Source of the DNA: a virus
Taxonomy: Duplodnaviria > Caudoviricetes
DNA: 64,000 nt
Virus record (IMG/VR): IMGVR_UViG_3300042870_001240
Direction: 5' to 3' (one strand)
Below, one piece after another: positions 17,497-26,126 of the stretch. The translations under genes were made by a program, and so were the position numbers. Each line of letters begins with the position of its first letter. The stretch's first letter is position 1. The notes below the pieces were generated by a model, which was not told the origin of the DNA, did no database searches, and worked only from the letters and a program-made list of their open reading frames with translations.

Positions 17497-19475
17497 GTTG
17501 TTATTCCTATAGATTAACTAATGCAACATCTTCACCAATAACCCAAAATTTCACAGATTGTAATGGTAATCCGTGTAGCGTAACTGTTCTTAGTGGTGAT
17601 ACTCTTCCTAGTGGAAGTACCAAATACTATATAACCGCCGATTCAACAACTTTTGTCCCAAATCCAGCCTTTACCAATGTAACAACATACTCTGGAAATA
17701 CCCGAGCGTTCTCATTTAGTAGTTGTTGCACAAATGATGTTTTTTATATTTTAGGTGATACCACAACCCTTACATCAGGACAAACAGGTAATACTATTTG
17801 CGTAACCGAATTAACAAATGCTAACGATTGTACTATCAACAACACCTTAGTTAAAGGTTGTTACACATTTGTTAGTATTGAAAGTAACATTCTAAACGCT
17901 TTAGGTAACCAAGTTTATTTAGAATATTCATTGTTATTTAACAATTGTACAGCCTGTCTTACATCATGGGTAACAAAGGGAGTGGGTTGTGTTCCTTGTT
18001 GTAAATGTTACCAAATAGATGTAGTAGATGAGGCCGGTGATTACGTGTCTTATGTTGATTGTGACGGAAACCCATCTGGCCAAACTTTTTATGGGTTAAA
18101 TAACTATATTTGTTCCGTAGAATTACCATTAAAAACAAATCAATCAACTACTGTTACCGATTTAGGCCCTTGTTCAACTACAGAAGTTTGCGGCCCTTGT
18201 CCTGCTTATTGTATAACCAACACAGGTAACGAATATGACGATAACTACACCTTAGACGGTAACTATGATGGTTATTCCTATTGGATTAGTGGTTCAGGAC
18301 TTTGGTTTATCTACTATAACACAATAGATAAACAATGGTGTTTATCAGACAGTTTAGGTGGTGAACCTAAACTATCAGGTAAATCACCGTGTTTTTCAAT
18401 CTGTCCTGACTTATGTGAAGAAATTTTCTTTTCGGGGTCGTGTCCAACAACCACAACAACAACTGCCGCCTGTATAAATTTTGATTTTGATGCAATATTT
18501 GATTGTATGGCAGAACCAACCCCATCACCAACCCCAACACCATCTATCACCCCAACAATGACCGTAACACCAAGTTCAACAAATTATTGTTCAATGGTTG
18601 GTGTTGACGCAACAATCGATACTTATAGCCCGACACCTACTCCAACTCCAACAGTAACACCATCATCATCACCCATCATAATAAGACCTTGTAATGTATT
18701 GGGTGACGTTTCTTTTACCACACTTGATGGTCATATTGGTTGTCCAAGTAGTAAACAATTCCAAGACTGTGTTACAGGTATGATGTATTACACAACAGAA
18801 TTAGTACCAACTCCTTCTGGAGGTACTTTAACTGAGTTCATGATTTTTAAAGCATATGTTGACGATGTACTTAAGTGTATTTCATTTGTAGGTATAAACG
18901 ATAATATTATTGGTGTTAATACAATTGAATTAGTTGAAGGTCCAACAGGTTATTCTAACTTAGGTGAATGTGTTTCATGTGTTGTAATACCAAGTCCTAC
19001 ACCAACTCCAACCCCAACAATGACACCAACTCCAAGTGGAACACCTTGTTTTTGTTACGAATTAATTGCGAATGCACAAACAATATTTAATTATTTTGAT
19101 TGTAATGGGTTGGGAACAAGTGCAATAAGCCAAAAAACAATACCAACATATGTTTGTTCTTTAACATTACCAACAACAACTAGTTTAAACCCATATAGTA
19201 TTACAAAACTTGATATATGTTCTAATGATGTATGTCCACCATTAACATGTAATTGTTATACAGTATCAAATGGTGGTCCTATAAATGGACAAGGTTCAGA
19301 ATTCTCCTCAGTATATATGAGTTACATTGATTGCGATAACTTAGGACAGGTTATGGTAATTAATGATTACACAACAACACTACCATTCTGTTCATTAACA
19401 ACACCATTCATTAATAGTTCAACTAACATAATAACCGTAACATTACTTGGTAATTGTGCATCATGTTCATCATAA
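17493..19475 (+). CDS. Cys-rich, Pro/Thr-linker repeat protein; putative virion fibre/decoration protein
   Basis: Four CxCY...YxDCxG repeats and three PTPTPT linkers. Confidence 0.7.
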   Translation: MSCYSYRLTNATSSPITQNFTDCNGNPCSVTVLSGDTLPSGSTKYYITADSTTFVPNPAFTNVTTYSGNTRAFSFSSCCTNDVFYILGDTTTLTSGQTGNTICVTELTNANDCTINNTLVKGCYTFVSIESNILNALGNQVYLEYSLLFNNCTACLTSWVTKGVGCVPCCKCYQIDVVDEAGDYVSYVDCDGNPSGQTFYGLNNYICSVELPLKTNQSTTVTDLGPCSTTEVCGPCPAYCITNTGNEYDDNYTLDGNYDGYSYWISGSGLWFIYYNTIDKQWCLSDSLGGEPKLSGKSPCFSICPDLCEEIFFSGSCPTTTTTTAACINFDFDAIFDCMAEPTPSPTPTPSITPTMTVTPSSTNYCSMVGVDATIDTYSPTPTPTPTVTPSSSPIIIRPCNVLGDVSFTTLDGHIGCPSSKQFQDCVTGMMYYTTELVPTPSGGTLTEFMIFKAYVDDVLKCISFVGINDNIIGVNTIELVEGPTGYSNLGECVSCVVIPSPTPTPTPTMTPTPSGTPCFCYELIANAQTIFNYFDCNGLGTSAISQKTIPTYVCSLTLPTTTSLNPYSITKLDICSNDVCPPLTCNCYTVSNGGPINGQGSEFSSVYMSYIDCDNLGQVMVINDYTTTLPFCSLTTPFINSSTNIITVTLLGNCASCSS

Positions 19476-19484
19476 TATAAAGAA

Positions 19485-19712
19485 ATGACATCAATAGAAT
19501 TAACAGTCATAACAGGTAGTATAACAATTCCGTATTCGATTTACGCTTGTGATGTATACGGTAATAACTGTGTAATAATCGCAACTATTGTAACAACTGT
19601 TCCACCAACAAATACAATTTTTCTTCCACCTCAATTTAATACGGCACCAGCAGTTGGGATTAAAATAATAACTGATGATGGGTGTGAGCGATTTGAAATA
19701 TTTAATTGTTAA
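19485..19712 (+). CDS. small Cys-containing beta protein (paralog of 17278..17496)
   Basis: VITGSITIPYSIYACD...C...GIKIITDDGC. Confidence 0.65.
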   Translation: MTSIELTVITGSITIPYSIYACDVYGNNCVIIATIVTTVPPTNTIFLPPQFNTAPAVGIKIITDDGCERFEIFNC

Positions 19713-19716
19713 CCCT

Positions 19717-19747
19717 AAAAAAAAATATCGTCTAAAAAGACGATATT
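19717..19747 (-). terminator. terminator between the convergent cassette and ruvC
   Basis: 10-bp stem AATATCGTCT/AGACGATATT with a 4-nt loop and a U-tract on the minus strand. Confidence 0.7.
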
Positions 19748-19773
19748 CCAATTTATAATTCACTTAACCGATA

Positions 19774-20376
19774 TTACCTCCAAAGACCTTCTTGATTCAT
19801 AAAACCAAGAACACAACAATAAGCATCTGATTGGTCAAAATTCTCTTTCTTAAGAGTATTGTTTTTTGTATAACTCCAAACAATTTGTGGTTCTCTTTTG
19901 GCAACTAAATCCCAAATGATTTGTTTCTTATCAATGTCTTTTGGTAATCCTCCGAATAACACATGTTTACCTTTGTCATTCTCTCTAACTAATTCAGGGA
20001 AAGCAAATTTTCTTGAGTTGTATGTTGAGATATAGTCGGGCACAATACCTAATACATCATAGATTTGTTTGGTAACTAATGTATTGAATCTTAACAACGT
20101 TTGTATGGTGTACACATTATTACTATTCATTAAAGGTTCCTCAATGATAACCTTTGTAATACCCAATCCTTTATAATCTAAAAGTTTGGTTTTAAAGATT
20201 TCACTCTTAAGAAGTAATTCTTTTATTTTATTATCTTCCTTTGGCTTTGGTATAGGTGATATGTGTGTAAGCTCAAGTAACTCTTGGTTCCCAATGTCAA
20301 ATAACGCCCATCCAATCGTTCGGGTCGATACATCAAGTCCAAGAACCTTAGGACTTTCTTTAATAGATTTTTTCAT
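19774..20376 (-). CDS. ruvC: RuvC-like Holliday junction resolvase
   Basis: VLGLDVSTRTIGWA, VIIEEP and DQSDAY acidic catalytic set. Confidence 0.75.
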   Translation of the reverse strand: MKKSIKESPKVLGLDVSTRTIGWALFDIGNQELLELTHISPIPKPKEDNKIKELLLKSEIFKTKLLDYKGLGITKVIIEEPLMNSNNVYTIQTLLRFNTLVTKQIYDVLGIVPDYISTYNSRKFAFPELVRENDKGKHVLFGGLPKDIDKKQIIWDLVAKREPQIVWSYTKNNTLKKENFDQSDAYCCVLGFMNQEGLWR

Positions 20377-20379
20377 ATG

Positions 20380-22914
20380 TTAAATATCGAATTTAATCAA
20401 AAACTGCTGAATACCTTGTCTTAAAACGGGTGATTGCATTTTTGATATAATCATAAGATTTTTGTTCGAATCGTAAAGCCCTATTTCACTTACGAAAGTA
20501 GGTTTACCACTTGTCCATGTCGGATTCGATGTTGTTTGAAATTCCGCTTGACCTAAATTAATCTTATATTTCATTTCATAGATAGTTGCTTGGATGTCAG
20601 TTTCCAAAGAACCATAGAAATAATACTCATCACCAAAATTCAAAGAAGTTCCTGTATATCCTACAGGTGTTAATGGAATGTAAGTGTTTAAGTTATATGC
20701 CGGAGCATTGTCATACTCTTGTTGGGTGATAACAAATGTATTACCCGTCAACCCTTCTTGGGTGATATAACCATTAACCATTGTTGATGATAACTGACTT
20801 GTGAAATCAATAGCAACCCACTCAGAAGAGTTAGGTCTCTCATTACCAACAACTTTTTGACAAAGAATCTCAAATTTATTAGCCAAGAATCCTTGAGTTA
20901 CGTCACAGTATATCGGACATATTGATGTTGTTGTTGTAGTTACAGGATTATAAATTGTTGTTGTAGTCGTTGTAGGATTATAACTTGTTGTTGTAGTCGT
21001 TGTAGGATAATAAGATTGATTTAAACAACCAAATTCCCCACCGAATCTAACCGCAACATTTTGGGATGTAATCGTAGTACAATCAATATTAGGTCCTTGA
21101 ATAAACGAATAATAATTACAATGTAATGAATCGGTAAATAAATCTGTATTACTTAATCTATATGTGACATACAACGATTCTGTTAAACCTGTTAATATAC
21201 CCGTAACTGTTGAACTATCGTTACCACAAGTGTTTGGAGTAATTAATGATATCTTAGGTGATGGTATTGTCCAATTTCTATTTGATTTGTAGGACATTGC
21301 TGCAATGATTTCCTCATCATCAATAATAACCAACTTATCATCAGGGAATACTTTACCAACTCTATTAGGAATACCGTTAGCATTTGCGTTTGTGTCCCAT
21401 AGATGGTAATATCTCATACCAGGGTTATTCATATCAACATTCTTAGTTGACTGAAGGTATTGAACTTGGAAAAGATTTAAATCTTCAAATCCTGGAGGGT
21501 CAACCCAAAATGTTTGACCATTACAACAATCAGGATTTTTATGCCACATTAACCAAGGGATATGTACTTTAAAGTTTCTCGCCTCTCCCGTAGTATCAGC
21601 AGGATTTGATGGGTCAAATGGTTCCAATGCAAATTTTTCACCGTAGAATAAATCCACCGTTTGGTTTGTATAATGGATAATTCCAATCGCCTTTTGTTGT
21701 TCAGGTAACACATTAATTTTATCTCCAAAAGAGTTAAAATAATACACTGAACTACTATCTGTTTGTCCACTACTTGACGCATATCCAAAGTATTCTTTAG
21801 CCCCTAAGTAAGCGACAGAACCAAAATTAGTATAGTCTTTACTGATTGATGAGATTAGACCTGCAGGATTTTCTGACCATGGAATATTCATATTCCAAAC
21901 TTTAACATCAAACTCGTCAGTATAACAAACTGATTCAAAATTAATGACATTGTCATTCCAATGACGGCTAGGTGTAATACTATCGTATATCGTTGTCATG
22001 TTAGGAGGATAAACTATCACTCTACCATAACAAACGCTTGTTACATTTATAAAATTAGGTGTAGGTCTATCTAATGTTATCTCACCCAAACAAATGTTAA
22101 CAATTTTATATGTTAACATTGAGTAACAACTACTCATATCAACCAAACAATCAGGTGGTGATGGTAGTGGACATGCTCTACTTGTTGACGGTGTTAAACA
22201 AGGAGTTTTAGACGGTGTAGGAGTAGGTGTTGGTGAATCACAAGGGAACGAATTAGATGATGTTGGCGTAGGTGTTGGTGTTGAACCACTTTGAGGACTT
22301 ACCGAAGGCGTCACTGAGATTGTTGGTGTTGGTGTCGGTGTCGGGAGATTTAAACAAATACAATTATCCATACCTTTACCATCATAATAAATTGTGATAA
22401 TATCTCCAATAGCAGGCTCTCTAACTGAATCAGGATTACTTGGATTACTAATAAGAGTAATTTTATTGGTTCCAACTAATGAGTTCATCTGAACAACGTA
22501 GTTAGCATTGATAGCGTAAAAATTGTTAGTTAACGCACTCCAACTAATTGTCTCAGCACTTGTGTTACCAGTAAAGAACCCTCTCATTACCGCTCTATTA
22601 AATACAGGACTTACTTGAGAATCCATAAAAGGAATTCCATAAGTATTACCCGCTCTCCCATCAACATAATAAGGATATTTTACATTACTTTTATTTGATT
22701 CTGGAATCCCACTTGAATTTTGAGCATTGAAGCTCGGCTCTAATATTACAGTATCAAATTGATTATAACTTGTTGGTAAGGTATTGTATGAGACCTCACT
22801 ATCTCCAACTTGGAAATAGGAGATGTTAAAATTTCCTTGTGACAATTTTTCTCGTCCAATATCGGTTAATCTTGTATTAATTAACCCTGCAGTATTTTTT
22901 ATTATAAATCCCAT
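20380..22914 (-). CDS. virion structural protein (tail/baseplate-associated) with PT- and T-rich linkers
   Basis: C-terminal SEIGLYD...ISKM tail-collar-like motif; TATTTAT 5 nt upstream; structural gene context. Confidence 0.6.
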   Translation of the reverse strand: MGFIIKNTAGLINTRLTDIGREKLSQGNFNISYFQVGDSEVSYNTLPTSYNQFDTVILEPSFNAQNSSGIPESNKSNVKYPYYVDGRAGNTYGIPFMDSQVSPVFNRAVMRGFFTGNTSAETISWSALTNNFYAINANYVVQMNSLVGTNKITLISNPSNPDSVREPAIGDIITIYYDGKGMDNCICLNLPTPTPTPTISVTPSVSPQSGSTPTPTPTSSNSFPCDSPTPTPTPSKTPCLTPSTSRACPLPSPPDCLVDMSSCYSMLTYKIVNICLGEITLDRPTPNFINVTSVCYGRVIVYPPNMTTIYDSITPSRHWNDNVINFESVCYTDEFDVKVWNMNIPWSENPAGLISSISKDYTNFGSVAYLGAKEYFGYASSSGQTDSSSVYYFNSFGDKINVLPEQQKAIGIIHYTNQTVDLFYGEKFALEPFDPSNPADTTGEARNFKVHIPWLMWHKNPDCCNGQTFWVDPPGFEDLNLFQVQYLQSTKNVDMNNPGMRYYHLWDTNANANGIPNRVGKVFPDDKLVIIDDEEIIAAMSYKSNRNWTIPSPKISLITPNTCGNDSSTVTGILTGLTESLYVTYRLSNTDLFTDSLHCNYYSFIQGPNIDCTTITSQNVAVRFGGEFGCLNQSYYPTTTTTTSYNPTTTTTTIYNPVTTTTTSICPIYCDVTQGFLANKFEILCQKVVGNERPNSSEWVAIDFTSQLSSTMVNGYITQEGLTGNTFVITQQEYDNAPAYNLNTYIPLTPVGYTGTSLNFGDEYYFYGSLETDIQATIYEMKYKINLGQAEFQTTSNPTWTSGKPTFVSEIGLYDSNKNLMIISKMQSPVLRQGIQQFLIKFDI
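20925..21014. repeat. 30-nt tandem repeat x3 encoding YxP(T)5-6x
   Basis: ttgttgttgtagtcgttgtaggattataac-type units. Confidence 0.8.
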
Positions 22915-22940
22915 TGACTATAAATATGTATATTTCTTTT

Positions 22941-24356
22941 TTATGTAGTAATTACGGTACAACAATTACAACCTGATAATTTTAAATTCGTTATTGAATA
23001 TTTTTCATCGCTCGTCCCAATATAACAATTAATTGATTCATTTTTTGTTACAGAAGTTATTGTAGTTAAACTTAAAATATCCGCGTTAGTGATAATGACT
23101 TGAGTCCATTGTTCTGAATTTGAATAAACATAAACATCATTTGATTGACACCCAGGTATTATACTTTTTGTTTCTGACTCATCAAACCCCACAATTGGTT
23201 CAAGAGAATCTCCGTTTATAACTAAATCACTATCACTTTGAAATGTTGCCGATTCTGAATTTGGTGATGATTTTGAAACATTTAAATGAGTAATATTAAA
23301 CGTTAAAGACACTCCGTCAGGTAGTGGTGGGGTTATTTTAATAGTCGTCTCATATTGTTTTGTAACACTATTATTTGATATTTCAACTGTTTTTGATGTT
23401 GTATTTAAACTAACATTATATGTTGTAGGTTTTGATGGTGAGTTAAGAATAATACTTGAACTAGTAATAATTCCACTATCATCAACAACAAGAACATTAT
23501 ACGTCCCAGAACATAAATTATTAAAAATTGGCATATTTTTATATGTCAATCCTGCATCTATAGAATACGTATACGGTGGTGTACCCCCATTTGCAGTTAT
23601 TGTAATCCCTCCATCACATCCACAAATAGTTTGATTTTTGGTCACATTCATAGTTAACGGAGTAATTCCTTCTCCAAGTTTAAGTTTACCTTCAACAGGT
23701 AATGATTGACAAAGACCTTCATAAACAATAACGCTACCCGTATTACCAATTAGGAACCAACTACCGTAAATCGGTGGATATGTCGGATTTAAATTCGATA
23801 TCACATATAGAGTTGGTGTTGCAGCGGACACTAACCATTGTGATTGAGATGTATCCCAAATTATTGCTTGTTGACTGTCGTCAGAAATCCATGCCGGTTT
23901 TCCATCATAAATTCCATTTGGGTTAAAATGTGTTTGTGTTTCCACATAAACCCCTTGTACTAACATGTTTGTAACCATACATAATTCGTATTCATTAGGA
24001 TATGGTGAAGTTGTACTAGTACTTGTTGTAGTTGTAGTTGGGGTTACTCCTGTCAAAATACATGTCGTATTTGCCGTAAAATCTCCGTAATAATCTACAA
24101 CCGTTGCTCCGTATGACCCCGCACTTAAATTATAAATAATCGGACCAATTCCCCCATTCAACCAAATAATAGTATATGGAGGAGTCCCACCTGTTATTGT
24201 TAACGAAGCTATTCCGTCAGTCGATTCGGGTAATGTTGGGTGTGATACGTTACATTCAACACCCATTTGAAATAATGTGATAACATTACAATCGTTAACA
24301 CCTGTTGTTAGACAAGATGTTTCACCAGTCATTTTATATGGGGACTTATTACTCAT
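22941..24356 (-). CDS. SprB-repeat virion protein (fibre/adhesin-like)
   Basis: Two DGx(A/I)xxTxxGGTPPYT...NLx(A/S)G(S/T)Y...VVD repeats and a T-rich linker. Confidence 0.7.
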   Translation of the reverse strand: MSNKSPYKMTGETSCLTTGVNDCNVITLFQMGVECNVSHPTLPESTDGIASLTITGGTPPYTIIWLNGGIGPIIYNLSAGSYGATVVDYYGDFTANTTCILTGVTPTTTTTSTSTTSPYPNEYELCMVTNMLVQGVYVETQTHFNPNGIYDGKPAWISDDSQQAIIWDTSQSQWLVSAATPTLYVISNLNPTYPPIYGSWFLIGNTGSVIVYEGLCQSLPVEGKLKLGEGITPLTMNVTKNQTICGCDGGITITANGGTPPYTYSIDAGLTYKNMPIFNNLCSGTYNVLVVDDSGIITSSSIILNSPSKPTTYNVSLNTTSKTVEISNNSVTKQYETTIKITPPLPDGVSLTFNITHLNVSKSSPNSESATFQSDSDLVINGDSLEPIVGFDESETKSIIPGCQSNDVYVYSNSEQWTQVIITNADILSLTTITSVTKNESINCYIGTSDEKYSITNLKLSGCNCCTVITT

Positions 24357-24371
24357 TTACGATAAATACAT

Positions 24372-25352
24372 TTACAATTGATTTTTTACAATCCTTTTCA
24401 TTATCTCAACGTATTTTATTGTTGAACTATTAGTATCAACAAAATCAAAATAATTCATATCTTCTTTTAATTTATTTAAAGGATTGACGTTGATGAACTC
24501 TCCCTTATAGAACTTGGAGCCCTTTAAATCGTGAGTTACTCCCGCCATATGTAATATGGGTTGTTTCTCATAAATATTAACATTATCAGTTGCCCAAGAA
24601 AACCCCAATTCATTTGTTATTTTTGTTTCAATCCCAAAGTACCAAAGATTCCACAATAAAGACCACATCTCAGCAGTCCAAAACTGTATCTCTCCCGGAC
24701 TTATTGGGAATCTTTTTTGGTAACTCATCATTTGGTCATATAATGGAGTGCAATCTTCATAAATTTTATTCCATATAAACGAATCAGTGTTTTTTATAAT
24801 ATATTGACCTCCACCTGAGTTTTCTTGATTACATTTAACACAATCAACCGATACTCCAACAACATCCACCATCTCTTGAATCAATTGTCCCTTATCAGAG
24901 GTCGGGTGATGTTTCTCGTATCGAATACAACAGTCATTAATGTAGTTGTAACCAATGTATCCGACAGTGTCGGATAAATAGGTTATATCGTCAGATAACA
25001 AACTTTCGAAGTCAGGTAGTTCCCTAAAAATAATGTCCGCATCATGTAAGAAAAAACATTTTCCAAATTCAGGAAATTGTTCTAACCATTTATAAATTAA
25101 AAATGGTTTAATGTTCGGGATGTAATGTTTTTGATGTCGAGCATCTAAATAATGGTGAACATTAATTCCCATAGATTTAAGTTCTAAAGATTCTTTTGTT
25201 GGTTCTGTATTACCATTAACCATTGCAAAAATTACATGGATTTGACTAGGGTCGATACCCATTTCTATAAAATTGTATGAATATACTTTGACTTGCCAAT
25301 GAAAATATGGGACATCAGGTTGTGCGGTTACAAATACTAAATCTTGAGTCAT
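24372..25352 (-). CDS. GT-A fold glycosyltransferase resembling GT96/GT95 peptidyl-Ser/Hyp O-glycosyltransferases
   Basis: YFHWQ, YIPNIKP..IYKWL, HDADIIF (DxD), SGGG, WTAEMW and ILHMAG motifs; likely start MTQDL at 25352. Confidence 0.65.
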   Translation of the reverse strand: MTQDLVFVTAQPDVPYFHWQVKVYSYNFIEMGIDPSQIHVIFAMVNGNTEPTKESLELKSMGINVHHYLDARHQKHYIPNIKPFLIYKWLEQFPEFGKCFFLHDADIIFRELPDFESLLSDDITYLSDTVGYIGYNYINDCCIRYEKHHPTSDKGQLIQEMVDVVGVSVDCVKCNQENSGGGQYIIKNTDSFIWNKIYEDCTPLYDQMMSYQKRFPISPGEIQFWTAEMWSLLWNLWYFGIETKITNELGFSWATDNVNIYEKQPILHMAGVTHDLKGSKFYKGEFINVNPLNKLKEDMNYFDFVDTNSSTIKYVEIMKRIVKNQL

Positions 25353-25423
25353 AATAGAGTTTGTTTTAAATATATTAAACATTAAATTTTAATAAATGGT
25401 GTGTTGGTATATATTTATTAGAT

Positions 25424-25597
25424 ATGAAACTACTTAAAACAATTTCTAAATTAGTTGTTGAATCTCAAAGAGCTTTTGATGAAGCAGCTGAAAAAGGGGT
25501 TAGCGAAAAAGAATTAGATAGATTAGAAAAAAACTATAAAGAGTCCCTTAAACTAATGAGACTTTATGGTAATTTAAGTAAAAAACAAATCAAATAA
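25424..25597 (+). CDS. 57-aa helical protein not in the ORF track
   Basis: MKLLKTISKLVVESQ...; TATTTAT 5 nt upstream; hairpin after the stop. Confidence 0.65.
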   Translation: MKLLKTISKLVVESQRAFDEAAEKGVSEKELDRLEKNYKESLKLMRLYGNLSKKQIK

Positions 25598-25612
25598 CCC
25601 TTTGGGGGTTAT
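25594..25612. terminator. short hairpin between convergent genes
   Basis: ATAACCC-tttgg-GGGTTAT. Confidence 0.4.
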
Positions 25613-25636
25613 ATCACTCACCTTTCATCCCAACCA

Positions 25637-26119
25637 CTAAAGATGTCCGGGGGTTTCGGTGAATTTATATAAATAATCTATTATCCTTTTCTTTATTCCT
25701 TCCTCCTTTATACCCTTTTTTGAATCCTCAATCCAAACAAAGTTTGATAGATGTTTTCCCATATCAAGGTCGTCTATTGCAACCCAAGATGTAATATTCC
25801 CTGTAGAATCTAACCACTTTTTTATCTCCTTAGCTCTTAAATAAGCAATATCGTCTAAATACTTAATATTAGTTATTGGCGTATATCCGATTGGAGATTT
25901 TATTATTCCCTGTTTAATATAAAAGGATTTCATTTTAGGTAAATCTGCCCACGTTTTCCAATCAGAAGAGATAACTATTTCACAATCCACCTCTCTTATT
26001 ATTTCATTAAGAATACTAACCGCCCCTTGGTCAAAATCTAAGAGTATTGGTTTACCATCTGGCCAAATCGCTTTCCCTAAGTATATTACTCCTTGATGGT
26101 CAAGAAAGAGAATTTTCAT
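25637..26119 (-). CDS. HAD-superfamily protein (HAD_SAK_2-like)
   Basis: ILFLDHQGV (motif I, DxQ), IVISSDWK, RAKEIKKWL and WVAIDDLD. Confidence 0.75.
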   Translation of the reverse strand: MKILFLDHQGVIYLGKAIWPDGKPILLDFDQGAVSILNEIIREVDCEIVISSDWKTWADLPKMKSFYIKQGIIKSPIGYTPITNIKYLDDIAYLRAKEIKKWLDSTGNITSWVAIDDLDMGKHLSNFVWIEDSKKGIKEEGIKKRIIDYLYKFTETPGHL

Positions 26120-26126
26120 GAGTAAG

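Noticed and set aside
17240-19770. Plus-strand cassette as a recombinase-invertible segment
   Set aside because: No inverted repeats were found at its borders and no invertase is in the window; it has its own promoter and terminator in a fixed layout
19774-20376. RuvC protein as a miniature Cas12/TnpB effector
   Set aside because: It is only 200 aa, with no Zn finger or REC region and no adjacent array, ncRNA space or IS ends; it fits a stand-alone resolvase
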